Positions 34,980 to 43,917 of a stretch of DNA of 64,000 nucleotides are shown here, one piece after another. Source of the stretch: Acidobacteriota bacterium. GTDB lineage: Bacteria > Acidobacteriota > Polarisedimenticolia > Polarisedimenticolales > JAIQFR01. The stretch covers positions 4,030 through 68,029 of the forward strand of contig JBGQAU010000005.1 of assembly GCA_041494445.1 (NCBI GenBank), in the 5' to 3' direction. The position numbers and the translations under genes were made by a program. Below the pieces are notes generated by a model, which saw only the letters and a list, made by a program, of their open reading frames with translations, ran no database searches and was not told the origin of the DNA. Positions within the stretch are counted from its first letter, which is position 1. Every line of letters starts with the position of its first letter.

Positions 34980-35585
34980 CTAACACGGGTCCGGGGTTTC
35001 GGCCACCGTCGGACGTCCGTTGAAGCGGTTCATCGCCGCCGCGAGCCCGTCCTCCAGAACCGCCATCACCGCGTCCGCCCCGAGGCTCACGAGAACGTCC
35101 GCGGCCTCCAGCTCCTCGTCGTCGAAGGCCTCGAGCACGTACTCCATGAGCTCCGCCTCCGCGCGTCCCGCGCCACGCACGCCGAGCTTGACACGAGGGA
35201 ACTCGGACGTCTTGAAGGTCGCGATCAGCGAGCGCAGCCCGTTGTGGCCCCCGGCGCTCCCCGCGGCTCGGACCCGGACCCGCCCGAGGGCAAGGTCCGC
35301 GTCGTCGTGGACGACCAGAAGGTCGCCCGGCGAGGCGGCGTACCTCTCGAGCAGGGCGGCGCCCGCCCTGCCCGAGAGGTTCATGTAAGTCCGCGGCTTC
35401 GCGAGGAGCACCCCCGCTCCCGCGACCACCGCCTCGGCGCTGAGGCAGACCGCTCCGAGATCCCCCGAACGCGCGAACGAGGCGTTCGAGCGCTCGGCCA
35501 GGAGGTCGAGCACGCGGAAGCCCACATTGTGTCGCGTCCGTCGATAGCGGGCGCCCGGATTGCCGAGACCCAGAACGATCTTCAA
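34980..35585 (-). CDS. pth: Peptidyl-tRNA hydrolase
   Basis: KIVLGLGNPGARYRRTRHNVGFRVLD...KPRTYMNLSG...GSAGGHNGLRS. Confidence 0.92.
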   Translation of the reverse strand: MKIVLGLGNPGARYRRTRHNVGFRVLDLLAERSNASFARSGDLGAVCLSAEAVVAGAGVLLAKPRTYMNLSGRAGAALLERYAASPGDLLVVHDDADLALGRVRVRAAGSAGGHNGLRSLIATFKTSEFPRVKLGVRGAGRAEAELMEYVLEAFDDEELEAADVLVSLGADAVMAVLEDGLAAAMNRFNGRPTVAETPDPC

Positions 35586-35601
35586 GGCGCTGTCCGGAGG
35601 G

Positions 35602-36297
35602 CTACTTTTCCTTCGCCCCCTTCTCCCTCGAGGCCGGCTCCTCCGCGGCGCCCGCCTCCTTCCCCTTCTTGATGACCTCGGGCTCCGCGGCGGCCTCCGG
35701 CACCGCCTCGGCGGGAGCCGGTGTCTCCTCCGCGCGCGGCGGCACGACGATCGCGACGATCCCCTCCGGATCGTCGAGGATCTTCACCTTGTCGCTTACG
35801 GGGAGCACCGCCACGGAGACGTGCTGGTTGACCTGAAGCGCGCTGACGTCCACGTCGAAGTGCTCCGGGATGTCCCCCGGCAGGCACTCGACCTCGACCT
35901 CGCGGAGGACGAACTCGATCACCCCCCCCTCGGCCTTGACCCCCTCCGGCACTCCGAGGAGACGGATCGGCACGCGGACCGTGACGCTCTTGTCCAGCTG
36001 CACGCGTATGAGGTCCACGTGGAGCAGGGCGTCGCTCACGGGATCGCGCTGCAGCTCCTTGATCATCACGGCGCCCTTCTGGTCCTGACCGGCCAGCGCG
36101 ACGGTGAAGATCGTGTTCCGGCCCGTCTCGAGGTGGAGCACCTCCTCGAGGCGGCGCGGGCTCAACCCCACGGTGAGGGGCGACTCGTTCGCTCCGTAGA
36201 TCACCGCGGGCAGCATCCCCGCACGGCGACAACGCCGGTTGGCGTTCTTCCCCCGATCGGGCCGGGGCTGGACTTCGACGACGATGTTCTTGATCAT
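35602..36297 (-). CDS. ctc: 50S ribosomal protein L25 / general stress protein Ctc
   Basis: RGKNANRRCRRAGMLPAVIYG...VMIKELQRDPVSDALLHVDL..., plus a Lys/Glu/Ala-rich tail. Confidence 0.9.
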   Translation of the reverse strand: MIKNIVVEVQPRPDRGKNANRRCRRAGMLPAVIYGANESPLTVGLSPRRLEEVLHLETGRNTIFTVALAGQDQKGAVMIKELQRDPVSDALLHVDLIRVQLDKSVTVRVPIRLLGVPEGVKAEGGVIEFVLREVEVECLPGDIPEHFDVDVSALQVNQHVSVAVLPVSDKVKILDDPEGIVAIVVPPRAEETPAPAEAVPEAAAEPEVIKKGKEAGAAEEPASREKGAKEK

Positions 36298-36450
36298 GGC
36301 TGGCTCTCATCCGCCCCGCACCGTCCGCGCCCTGCGGGGACGGACGGGGCCGTTCCGATCGGGGACCCGTGTGGATGACGCCGCCGCGAGGGGCGGCCAC
36401 GGCCTCGCCGGACGGGTCCCTTTGTCCGGCACGACCGCGATGACGATACG

Positions 36451-37395
36451 TCAGACGAACAGCGAGCTCACCGAGGAGTTGCCGTGGATCCGGGCGATCG
36501 CCTCGCCGAGGAGACTCGCCACCGAGAGCACGGTGATCTTCGGATCCGTGGCCTTCTCCTCCGACAACGGGATCGTGTCGGTGACGACCACCCGGTCGAG
36601 GTGCGGGGTGGCGAGCCGGGCCATCGCCGGCCCCGACAACACCGCGTGGGTGAAGCACGCGGTCACCGATCTGGCCCCCTTCTCCTTGAGCGCCCGAACG
36701 GTTCCGGTGAGCGTCCCGGCGGTGTCCACGATGTCGTCGACGATCACGCAACTCCGGTCCTTGACGTCGCCGATCACGTTCATCGTCTCGGCGACGTTCG
36801 CCTCGATCCTGCGCTTGTCGATGATCGCCAGGGCGGCGCCGAGCCGCTTCGCGAAGAAACGCGCCCGCTCCACGCCGCCGGCGTCGGGCGAGACGATGAT
36901 GAGGTTCTCGAATCGCTCCCGCGCGATCCAGTCGAGGAGGACCGGCGCGGCCAGCAGGTGGTCCACCGGCACGTCGAAGAACCCCTGGATCGCCGGGGCG
37001 TGCAGGTCTACGGTGAGCATCCGCTGGACCCCCGCCGCCTGGAGGAGGTCCGCCACCAGCTTCGCCGAGATCGGCACGCGGGGCTTGTCCTTCCTGTCCT
37101 GTCGCGCGTACCCGTAGTACGGCACGACGGCGGTGATCCGAGCGGCCGAGGAGCGCTTGAGCGCGTCCACGACGAGGAGAAGCTCGATCAGATTCTCGTT
37201 CACGGGATGACACGTCGGCTGAATCACGAAGACGTCGGTCCCGCGCACGTTCTCGAGGACCTGGCAGTAGACCTCGCCGTCGCTGAAGCGCGTGAGCTTC
37301 AACTGCCCCAGGGGGATTCTGAGGTAGTCGCAGATCGCCTGCGCCAGGCGGAGGTTGCCGTTTCCCGAGAAGACCTTGAGCTCGCTCTTCATCAC
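36451..37395 (-). CDS. prs: Ribose-phosphate pyrophosphokinase
   Basis: LKVFSGNGNLRLAQAIC..., RFSDGEVY, YYGYARQDRK, VSPDAGGVERA, IVDDIVDTAGTL. GTG 37395 or ATG 37392. Confidence 0.95.
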   Translation of the reverse strand: MMKSELKVFSGNGNLRLAQAICDYLRIPLGQLKLTRFSDGEVYCQVLENVRGTDVFVIQPTCHPVNENLIELLLVVDALKRSSAARITAVVPYYGYARQDRKDKPRVPISAKLVADLLQAAGVQRMLTVDLHAPAIQGFFDVPVDHLLAAPVLLDWIARERFENLIIVSPDAGGVERARFFAKRLGAALAIIDKRRIEANVAETMNVIGDVKDRSCVIVDDIVDTAGTLTGTVRALKEKGARSVTACFTHAVLSGPAMARLATPHLDRVVVTDTIPLSEEKATDPKITVLSVASLLGEAIARIHGNSSVSSLFV

Positions 37396-37423
37396 AGGAC
37401 CGCCCGCCTCGCCGCTCCGGACA

Positions 37424-37498
37424 TGGCTGGGGCGGGAGGATTCGAACCTCCGAATGCGGGTTCCAAAGACCCGTGTCTTACCACTTGACGACGCCCCA
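37424..37498 (-). tRNA. tRNA-Gln (anticodon UUG)
   Basis: Minus strand reads TGGGGCGTCGTCAAGTGGTAAGACACGGGTCTTTGGAACCCGCATTCGGAGGTTCGAATCCTCCCGCCCCAGCCA. Cloverleaf folds by hand. Anticodon loop CTTTGGA. U1-A72 and G73 as in bacterial tRNA-Gln. CCA encoded. Confidence 0.9.
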
Positions 37499-37515
37499 GT
37501 ACGGGACGCACCCCG

Positions 37516-37875
37516 TCACGGCCAGGGCGCGCCCCCCTCCTCGAGCGGATCGTACCCCGCCTCTTCCCCGGGAGGCCCGCTGCCGAGCAGGCGAACGCCG
37601 CCGGGCAGATCCTCGCCACCCTCCGCGAGAACCGCCTTGTACTTCTCGACGATCTGCTCCTCGATCCTCTTGCGCGTCTCGCTGTTCAGGGGATGGGCGA
37701 TGTCCCGGAACATGCCGTTCTTCCGCTTCTTGCTGGGCATCGAGATGAACAGCCCATGGGCCCCCTGGATGACCTTGATGTCGCTGACCACGAAGCAGTC
37801 GTCGAATATGATCGAGGCGAACGCCTTGAGTTTCTCTTCGTTCACGGGGAAAACCCGAACCTGGGTGATCTCCAT
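37516..37875 (-). CDS. spoVG: Septation protein SpoVG
   Basis: MEITQVRVFPVNEEKLKAFASIIFDDCFVVSDIKVIQGAHGLFISMPSKK. Confidence 0.92.
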   Translation of the reverse strand: MEITQVRVFPVNEEKLKAFASIIFDDCFVVSDIKVIQGAHGLFISMPSKKRKNGMFRDIAHPLNSETRKRIEEQIVEKYKAVLAEGGEDLPGGVRLLGSGPPGEEAGYDPLEEGGAPWP

Positions 37876-37899
37876 GCTGAAGACTCCCTTCCCTCGGCC

Positions 37900-38805
37900 T
37901 CAAACGGGCCCACCGGCTGCCATGACTCGGGCCGCGTCCGGGACGGCGCGCGCCGGGAGGAGCCTCCATCCCGGGAAACGCGTCGCCATGCTCTTGAGCG
38001 CCCGCTGCAGCGAGCCGGAATCATCGAACACCCCGAACACCGTCGACCCGCTCCCGCTCAGCAGGGCCATCGAGGCCCCGCCGCGGAGCAAGCCGTCCCT
38101 GAAAGCCAGAAGAGCGGGGCACCGCTCGAAGACCCCGACCTCGAGGTCGTTGACTCCCCAGTGGAAGTCGTTTCCTGGCGATAACTTACCGGCCGTCGCG
38201 CGGTTCACGCTAACACCCTTCGGAGCGAGTGTCAAATCAGCGTCCGCCCACGCGTACGCCTCCGTCGTGGAGATCCCGAACGGCGGAACGCCGAGCAGGA
38301 AGCGGAGGGGACCGGCGAAGGGCCGCGGGGCGATCCGGTCCCCCCGTCCTTCTCCCAGCGCCGTCCCCCCGTGCAGGAAGAACGGCACGTCCGCCCCGAG
38401 CCGGGCGGCGAGCGGCGTGAGACCTTCGACCGCGAGACCGAGGCCCCACAGCTCGGAAAGAGCGAGAAGGGCTCCCGCGGCGTCCGAGCTTCCTCCTCCC
38501 ATGCCTCCCCCGATCGGGATCCGCTTCGTGAGTCTCATCGCGGCGCCAGCGATCACGCCGAACCCCTCCGCCAGCAGGCGTGCCGCGCGCATCACGAGAT
38601 TCGAGGCGTCCTCGGGCACGCCGGGGTCGTCGGACGACAGCGTGATGTCACCGGCGGGCCGCACGAGAAGCGTGTCAGACAGGTCGATCGCCTGGAACAC
38701 CGTCCGGATCTCGTGGTATCCGTCGTCGCGGCGGCCGAGCACGCGAAGCGCGAGGTTCACCTTCGCGGGGCAGCGCGCCTCGAGACACGCCTCGGAGGGG
38801 CTCAT
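37900..38805 (-). CDS. ispE: 4-diphosphocytidyl-2-C-methyl-D-erythritol kinase
   Basis: PAKVNLALRVLGRRDDGYHEI..., KRIPIGGGMGGGSSDAA (GHMP kinase motif). ATGA overlap with the upstream lipoprotein gene. Confidence 0.9.
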   Translation of the reverse strand: MSPSEACLEARCPAKVNLALRVLGRRDDGYHEIRTVFQAIDLSDTLLVRPAGDITLSSDDPGVPEDASNLVMRAARLLAEGFGVIAGAAMRLTKRIPIGGGMGGGSSDAAGALLALSELWGLGLAVEGLTPLAARLGADVPFFLHGGTALGEGRGDRIAPRPFAGPLRFLLGVPPFGISTTEAYAWADADLTLAPKGVSVNRATAGKLSPGNDFHWGVNDLEVGVFERCPALLAFRDGLLRGGASMALLSGSGSTVFGVFDDSGSLQRALKSMATRFPGWRLLPARAVPDAARVMAAGGPV

Positions 38806-39428
38806 GGTCGCTCCGATTCGTCCGCTTCCGACCCGGCCGCAACCGCGCGGGGAAGCTCCTCGAGCGGCCGCTCGAGGACCCCTGGTGGTGCGGTGCCGGT
38901 GCCGGTTCCCGCCGCGATCTCGCCGCGGGTCTCGAGGCGCCTACGCTCGATTCGGAGCCTTCGCCCGCCGCTCCTGATCTCGAGCGCCTGCGGAAGCCCG
39001 GCGACGTGCTCGGGTTGGCGCATCACCTGCACGTCCGCGGGCACCGGATCGGGCGCGACGATGATCCATCGGACCAGATCTTCCAAGGGGACGGGGACGC
39101 CCGCCACCGCCTCGATGGCGGCACGGGAAGCGGGTCCGACGTAGGCCGTCCGCTCGCGGACCAGTGTGACCGCGAGACGACCACCGCCGCCGTCCACGAT
39201 GACCTCGGGCCCCCCGACGGGCGGTAGGAACTCGGCATGCATCCGGTCCGGAAGGGCCGCCCAAAGAAGGAGCCGAAAACGCCTCGTTCTCCCGTCTTCG
39301 GCGCCGACGGAGCCCTTGTAGGTTCCGACGAGCATCGGCTCGGACCCTTCCGGAAACCGAACTCGCCGCTCGTGGCAACCCGATCCGAGGAGGACGGTCA
39401 CGGCGAGCAGCGCCGCGGCGGCCCTCAC
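38802..39428 (-). CDS. Outer-membrane lipoprotein, LolB-like by position
   Basis: GTG 39428 (GTGA overlap with the TPR gene stop). VRAAAALLAVTVLLGSGC lipobox. Position immediately upstream of ispE-prs mirrors lolB-ispE-prs of E. coli. No sequence motif recognised. Confidence 0.5.
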   Translation of the reverse strand: MRAAAALLAVTVLLGSGCHERRVRFPEGSEPMLVGTYKGSVGAEDGRTRRFRLLLWAALPDRMHAEFLPPVGGPEVIVDGGGGRLAVTLVRERTAYVGPASRAAIEAVAGVPVPLEDLVRWIIVAPDPVPADVQVMRQPEHVAGLPQALEIRSGGRRLRIERRRLETRGEIAAGTGTGTAPPGVLERPLEELPRAVAAGSEADESERP

Positions 39429-41440
39429 CGCGGCCCGGGCAGGGCGGCGGGGGGGGCCCCGCGGGACGGATCGGTCCCGCCCTGGGAATGGCCGGCTTCC
39501 CTTCCCGGCTCCGAGGCAACCCGCGCGATCTTGGCCTTCAGCTCGTCGGCGTTGGGAGATCCGCTGTCCAGGGCGCGGCGCCACAGCGCCACCGCTTTGT
39601 CGCGCTCACCGAGCCGGTCGTAGAGATCGCCGAGGTGCTCGAGGACCGTCGCGTCGCGCGGGAACTCCTTGGCGGCGCGTTCCAACGGCTCGCGTGCCTC
39701 GGCGAACCGTCCCGAGCGAAACAGCACCCATCCGAGCGAGTCCAGGTACGCCGCGTTCCACGGGTCCACCTCGAGGGCGCCCCTCACGAAGCCCAGCGCG
39801 TCGTTGAGGCGCCGGCCGCGCTCGGCAAGACTGTAGCCCAGGTAGTTGAGCGCGATCGCGTCCTTCGGGTCGAGGCGGATCGCCTCGCCGAGCTCCCGTT
39901 CCGCCTCGTCGTATCTCTTCTCCCGATCGAGAAACGCCCCGAGGCCGAAGTGCGCTTCCCCGTTGCCCGGCTCCTTCCGAGCCCATTCGCGCAAGAGCTT
40001 CTCCGCTTCCTCCGCGTGTCCCGCGACGCGGTACGCCTCGGCGGCGCGAGCCCACATCGCGGAGCCGAGGCGACCCGCGGCCTCCTCGAACCTCGCCCGG
40101 GCCTTGTCGGGCTTGCCGGACCTCACGTAGGCCTCTCCCTCGAGCGACGCCGCGGGGCCGGTCTCGCCCTTTTCGCGGAGCTTCCCGGCGAGGAGGATCG
40201 CGTCCTTCCATTCCCCGGAATCGAGGGCGACCCTCGCGCGGATCTCCAAGCAGAGAGGCTCATCGGGCTTTTCGAGCGCGGCGAGCGTTCTGGCCGCCTC
40301 GCCGGGCTTCGACCGCCCGAGCCACATCGCCGCGATCCGCCGCCTTATTCCGTCGCGGCGCTCCGTGGCGTCCGGCTCGTCTGCGCTGACCGAGCGGAGC
40401 GCGGCCCGGAACGATTCCAGCGCGCCGTCGAAATCGCCCTGCCGGGAGAGAATCTCGCCCAGGAACAGATGAACTCCCGCCTGCCCCGGCAGGTCTCTCG
40501 CCAGATCGCGCAGGAGACCCGCGGCCTCGGTCAGTCGTCCGACATCGCCATAGGCGCTCGCGAGCTGGAACAGCACGAGGCGGTTCTCCGGCGCGACGGA
40601 CCGCGCCTTCTCGAGCTCGGAAGCCGCCTCTCGGCCGCGGCCGAGGTGGAGAAGCGCCTCGCCCCGCAGCACACGAGCCGCGGGATGATCGGGCAACGAG
40701 GCGAGTACTTTCGAGCAGGCGGCCTCGACCGACGCCCACTCTCCCGCCCCCCCGCCCTCCCGGGCGAGGTCCCCGAGCAGCGGCACCAGCTCCTCCGCGC
40801 CGGGGTTTCCTTCGAGGAAGGAGGCGAGGCCGCGCACCGCCTCGGCCGTCTTGCCATCGCGGTCGAGGTACTGGGCAAGGAGGCGCGCGGCGGACGCGTC
40901 GCCGGGACGACGGTCCGCGAGGGTCCGCACCGCCTTCGCGGCCCCGGCGGAGTCCCCCGCCAGCAGCTTGAGGCGCGCGAGGATCGGGAAGATGTCGTCG
41001 TCCGCATCGGGCGACCGCGCCAGCTGCTCGTAGAGCCGGATCGCTTCGTCGCGGGAGGCGGCGTCGCTGTCCGCCGCGACGGCGCGATGCGCGGCGAGGT
41101 CGGCGAGCACCCTGAGGGCGGTGGCTTCGCCGGGATCGCTCTCGATCGCCTGGCGCGCGAGCCGTTCGGCTTCCGCGCTCCGTCCCAGCGCGAGCAGCAG
41201 CGAAGCGCTCTCCGCGCGAAGCCCAGCGGACTGCGGCATCAGGGCGGTTGCCGTGCGGATCTCGCCGAGCGTATCCGACAGGCGCCCCCGGCCGGCCGCG
41301 AGCCGGGCCTTCATCAGGTGGTAATACGCGTCGCCCTGTTGAGCGACGGCCTCGGCCGAAGCCGTCGGGAGGCCCGCGGGCACCGATCCAGCCCGTGCCT
41401 GGGCGGAGGCGAGAGCCAGGATCAGCACCGAGGAGATCAT
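39425..41440 (-). CDS. Secreted TPR-repeat protein (671 aa)
   Basis: From ATG 41440. Signal peptide MISSVLILALASAQA, then more than 12 Ala/Leu/Arg-rich TPR-like units (..AEAERLARQAIESDPGEA.., ..YDEAERELGEAIRLDPKDAIALNYLGYSL..). Confidence 0.7.
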   Translation of the reverse strand: MISSVLILALASAQARAGSVPAGLPTASAEAVAQQGDAYYHLMKARLAAGRGRLSDTLGEIRTATALMPQSAGLRAESASLLLALGRSAEAERLARQAIESDPGEATALRVLADLAAHRAVAADSDAASRDEAIRLYEQLARSPDADDDIFPILARLKLLAGDSAGAAKAVRTLADRRPGDASAARLLAQYLDRDGKTAEAVRGLASFLEGNPGAEELVPLLGDLAREGGGAGEWASVEAACSKVLASLPDHPAARVLRGEALLHLGRGREAASELEKARSVAPENRLVLFQLASAYGDVGRLTEAAGLLRDLARDLPGQAGVHLFLGEILSRQGDFDGALESFRAALRSVSADEPDATERRDGIRRRIAAMWLGRSKPGEAARTLAALEKPDEPLCLEIRARVALDSGEWKDAILLAGKLREKGETGPAASLEGEAYVRSGKPDKARARFEEAAGRLGSAMWARAAEAYRVAGHAEEAEKLLREWARKEPGNGEAHFGLGAFLDREKRYDEAERELGEAIRLDPKDAIALNYLGYSLAERGRRLNDALGFVRGALEVDPWNAAYLDSLGWVLFRSGRFAEAREPLERAAKEFPRDATVLEHLGDLYDRLGERDKAVALWRRALDSGSPNADELKAKIARVASEPGREAGHSQGGTDPSRGAPPAALPGPR

Positions 41441-41484
41441 CGCAAGCCCCGGTATGGCCGCGCCCGCCCGCGGCGCACGGACGG

Positions 41485-42660
41485 TCAGGCCGCCTTCCGC
41501 AGCGGCTCCGCCGGTCTCGCGGCGCGAAAGTCCTCGATGGCGCGCTTCAGCTGCTCCTCGTCCGCGTCCTCCGGCTTCCCGGCGGGTCGAAGCACCCGAT
41601 CGGGCGACACGCCGTCCCCGTTCCAGCCCCGCCCGCCGACGCTCTCCCACAGCAGGGCGGAAACGAGGAGGCCGGACCCGTCGGGCAGCTCGAACAGCTT
41701 GGGTTCCGCGCCCAGACCGTAGGTCGGCTCCCCGTATACGGTCGCCTGCCGCCTCGATTGGAGGAGCGCCGCGAGCGCTTCCGCGCCTCCCGCCGTCCCG
41801 CCGTTGACCAGAACTCCGATACCACCGTTCCATGCGTCGCCGGCGCCGGACGCGTGCAGCGTCTCGACCGCGCGACCGCTGCGGTCCTTCAGGACGAGAA
41901 GGTCCCCGCGGGTGAACAGGCCGGCGAGGCCGACGACGTCCCTCGGGCCTCCGTCCGCGACGTACCGAAGATCGATGAGCAGCTTCTCCACCCCGCGTTC
42001 GCGAGCGCCGTTGAGGTCGGCGGCGAGATTCTCCGGCGCGACCCTGCGAAGATCGCTCACCGTCAACACACCGACGCCGTCCCGGATCTCGACCCTATCG
42101 GGACGGTCCGTCCGCGCGGCGCGGCGCACCGTGAGCTCCTCGCGCTTGAACGCCTCGCGCGTGTGGAGAACCATCAGCCGAACCGAGGTCCCCGGCGCCC
42201 CGCGCAACAGGCGCAGGGCCTGCTCCATCGAGAGATCGCGCAGGGATCGGCCGTCGATCCGCCGGATCTGGTCGCCTCGGCCGAGCCCCGCCGCCTCGGC
42301 CGGGGAGCCGGGTGCCACCGCCGTCACCTGAAGGGCAGCGTAGGCTTTCACGACGGTGAGCCCGGGATCGGCCGTGCCGGCGCCTTTGGCCTCTTTCCAG
42401 CGGGCGACCTCCTCCGGAGAGAGGTAGGCCCCCTGCGCGTCGAGCCCTCCCATCATCCCGTCGAGGGCCCCCTTGAGCAGCCCTTCGGGAGCCACCGAAT
42501 CGACGTAATTGTCGAGGACCAGGGAGAAGACCTCGGAGAAGAGAACTACCTGGCGGTACGTCCCCTCCGTCGGAGCGACCCTCCCGAGGACGCTCCCTCC
42601 GAGCAGCGTCAGGACGACGAGCCCGGAAGCTCCCAGCAGCGCCAGACGACCCTTGGACAT
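41485..42660 (-). CDS. Carboxy-terminal processing protease (S41, PDZ-containing)
   Basis: FSEVFSLVLDNYVD..., PDZ (VTAVAPGSPAEAAGLGRGDQIRRIDG), LIDLRYVADGG, VLVNGGTAGGAEALAALL. Confidence 0.85.
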   Translation of the reverse strand: MSKGRLALLGASGLVVLTLLGGSVLGRVAPTEGTYRQVVLFSEVFSLVLDNYVDSVAPEGLLKGALDGMMGGLDAQGAYLSPEEVARWKEAKGAGTADPGLTVVKAYAALQVTAVAPGSPAEAAGLGRGDQIRRIDGRSLRDLSMEQALRLLRGAPGTSVRLMVLHTREAFKREELTVRRAARTDRPDRVEIRDGVGVLTVSDLRRVAPENLAADLNGARERGVEKLLIDLRYVADGGPRDVVGLAGLFTRGDLLVLKDRSGRAVETLHASGAGDAWNGGIGVLVNGGTAGGAEALAALLQSRRQATVYGEPTYGLGAEPKLFELPDGSGLLVSALLWESVGGRGWNGDGVSPDRVLRPAGKPEDADEEQLKRAIEDFRAARPAEPLRKAA

Positions 42661-42744
42661 CCGCGAGCCCTTCCCCTCTCCGCTCCCCTGTCGAACGGCC
42701 TTCTCACAACCTACACTTCGCCTCGGACCTTGGCAACCCGCGAG

Positions 42745-43917
42745 TCAGCGGCGGCGGAGCCACGCGCTCGGGTCCACCGGCTTGCCTTCCATCCGCATCT
42801 CGAAGTAGAGGTACGGACCCCGTAGCGAGCCCGTCTCGCCGACCCGCCCCAGGACCTGGCCACGGGTCACGTCGTCCCCCGCCCCCGCCAGCAGGATGGA
42901 GGCGTGCGCGTAGATGGAGACGACGCCGTTGCCGTGGTCGACGATCACGGTGAGCCCGTAGCCGTGAAGCCAGGACGCGAAGATCACTCGGCCGTCGAAG
43001 ATCGCCCGGAAGGCCTTCCCCTCGGGGGCGTCGATGTCGAGGCCCGGGTGCGGGACCACCGTGCGGAACCGCGGGTGGACCGAGTCCCCGTATCGGGCGG
43101 ACACCGGCCCGTCCGCCGGCCAATCGAGGAGGCCGCGGAACTTCCGCACGTCGAGCGCGGGTCCCCTCGCGGCGCCTCCGAGCGTCTGCACGAGCTTTCC
43201 GAGCTCGCGGGATGCCCGCTCCAGGTCGTCGATCGCCTCCTGGTGCTTTGCGCGATCCATTTGAATCGCGTCGAGGAGGCGGGAGCGTTCCGCTCGGCTC
43301 TTCTCGAGCTCCGTCGCCGCGCGCATCGCTTCCGCGCGAGCGAGATCGAGGCCGCGCTCCTCCTTGATCATCGTCTCCGCCTCCGCCCGGAGACGGTTTC
43401 CGTCGTCGTGCCAGCCCCTGAGAAGCTTCGCGTCGCGCTCGCTCAGGAAGGAGGCGTAGCGGAGCCCTTGGAGGTAGTCCCCCACGGTCCCTCCTCCGAA
43501 AAGGCGCCTCAGTTCCACGTCGGTGCCCCGTTTGTAGATCTCCCGGAGCCGTCCGGCGAGGATCCGCCCCCGCGCTTCCTGTGCCGCCTCGAGCAGCACG
43601 ATCCGACGTCTTCGCTCCGCCAGGCCCGCGCGCACTTCCTCGAGTCGGAGGGAAGCCTCCTGTGCCTCGCGCGCCCGGAGGTTCAGGACGGCGCCGAGGC
43701 GGGCCACCTCGCCGAGGAGCCCCTGCTCCCGCCGGCCGAGCGTTTCCATCTCGGCGCGGAGTCGGAGAATCTCCTCCTGCATGGCGCCGCGCCGATCCGC
43801 GCGCTCGGCACCCGGCGTGCGAGACGCTCCGCCGCCGAGGGCGGCCAGGACGAGCAGCGCCCCCGCGAGTGCGCGCGCGCGCCGTGGGACCGGCCGGTCA
43901 GAATAGAGGTCGCCCAT
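42745..43917 (-). CDS. M23 peptidase with N-terminal coiled coil (EnvC-like)
   Basis: Long coiled coil (EEILRLRAEMETL..., KSRAERSRLLDAIQ) and C-terminal HPGLDIDAPEGKAFRAIFDGRV...GYGLTVIVDHG...HASIL. Confidence 0.85.
   Translation of the reverse strand: MGDLYSDRPVPRRARALAGALLVLAALGGGASRTPGAERADRRGAMQEEILRLRAEMETLGRREQGLLGEVARLGAVLNLRAREAQEASLRLEEVRAGLAERRRRIVLLEAAQEARGRILAGRLREIYKRGTDVELRRLFGGGTVGDYLQGLRYASFLSERDAKLLRGWHDDGNRLRAEAETMIKEERGLDLARAEAMRAATELEKSRAERSRLLDAIQMDRAKHQEAIDDLERASRELGKLVQTLGGAARGPALDVRKFRGLLDWPADGPVSARYGDSVHPRFRTVVPHPGLDIDAPEGKAFRAIFDGRVIFASWLHGYGLTVIVDHGNGVVSIYAHASILLAGAGDDVTRGQVLGRVGETGSLRGPYLYFEMRMEGKPVDPSAWLRRR

Noticed and set aside
34955-34985. A7/T7 run with adjacent GGGUUCGC/GCGAGCCC hairpin between pth and rpsF as a terminator
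   Set aside because: On the transcribed (minus) strand the U-run precedes the hairpin, which is the wrong geometry. No convincing -35/-10 pair for rpsF either.
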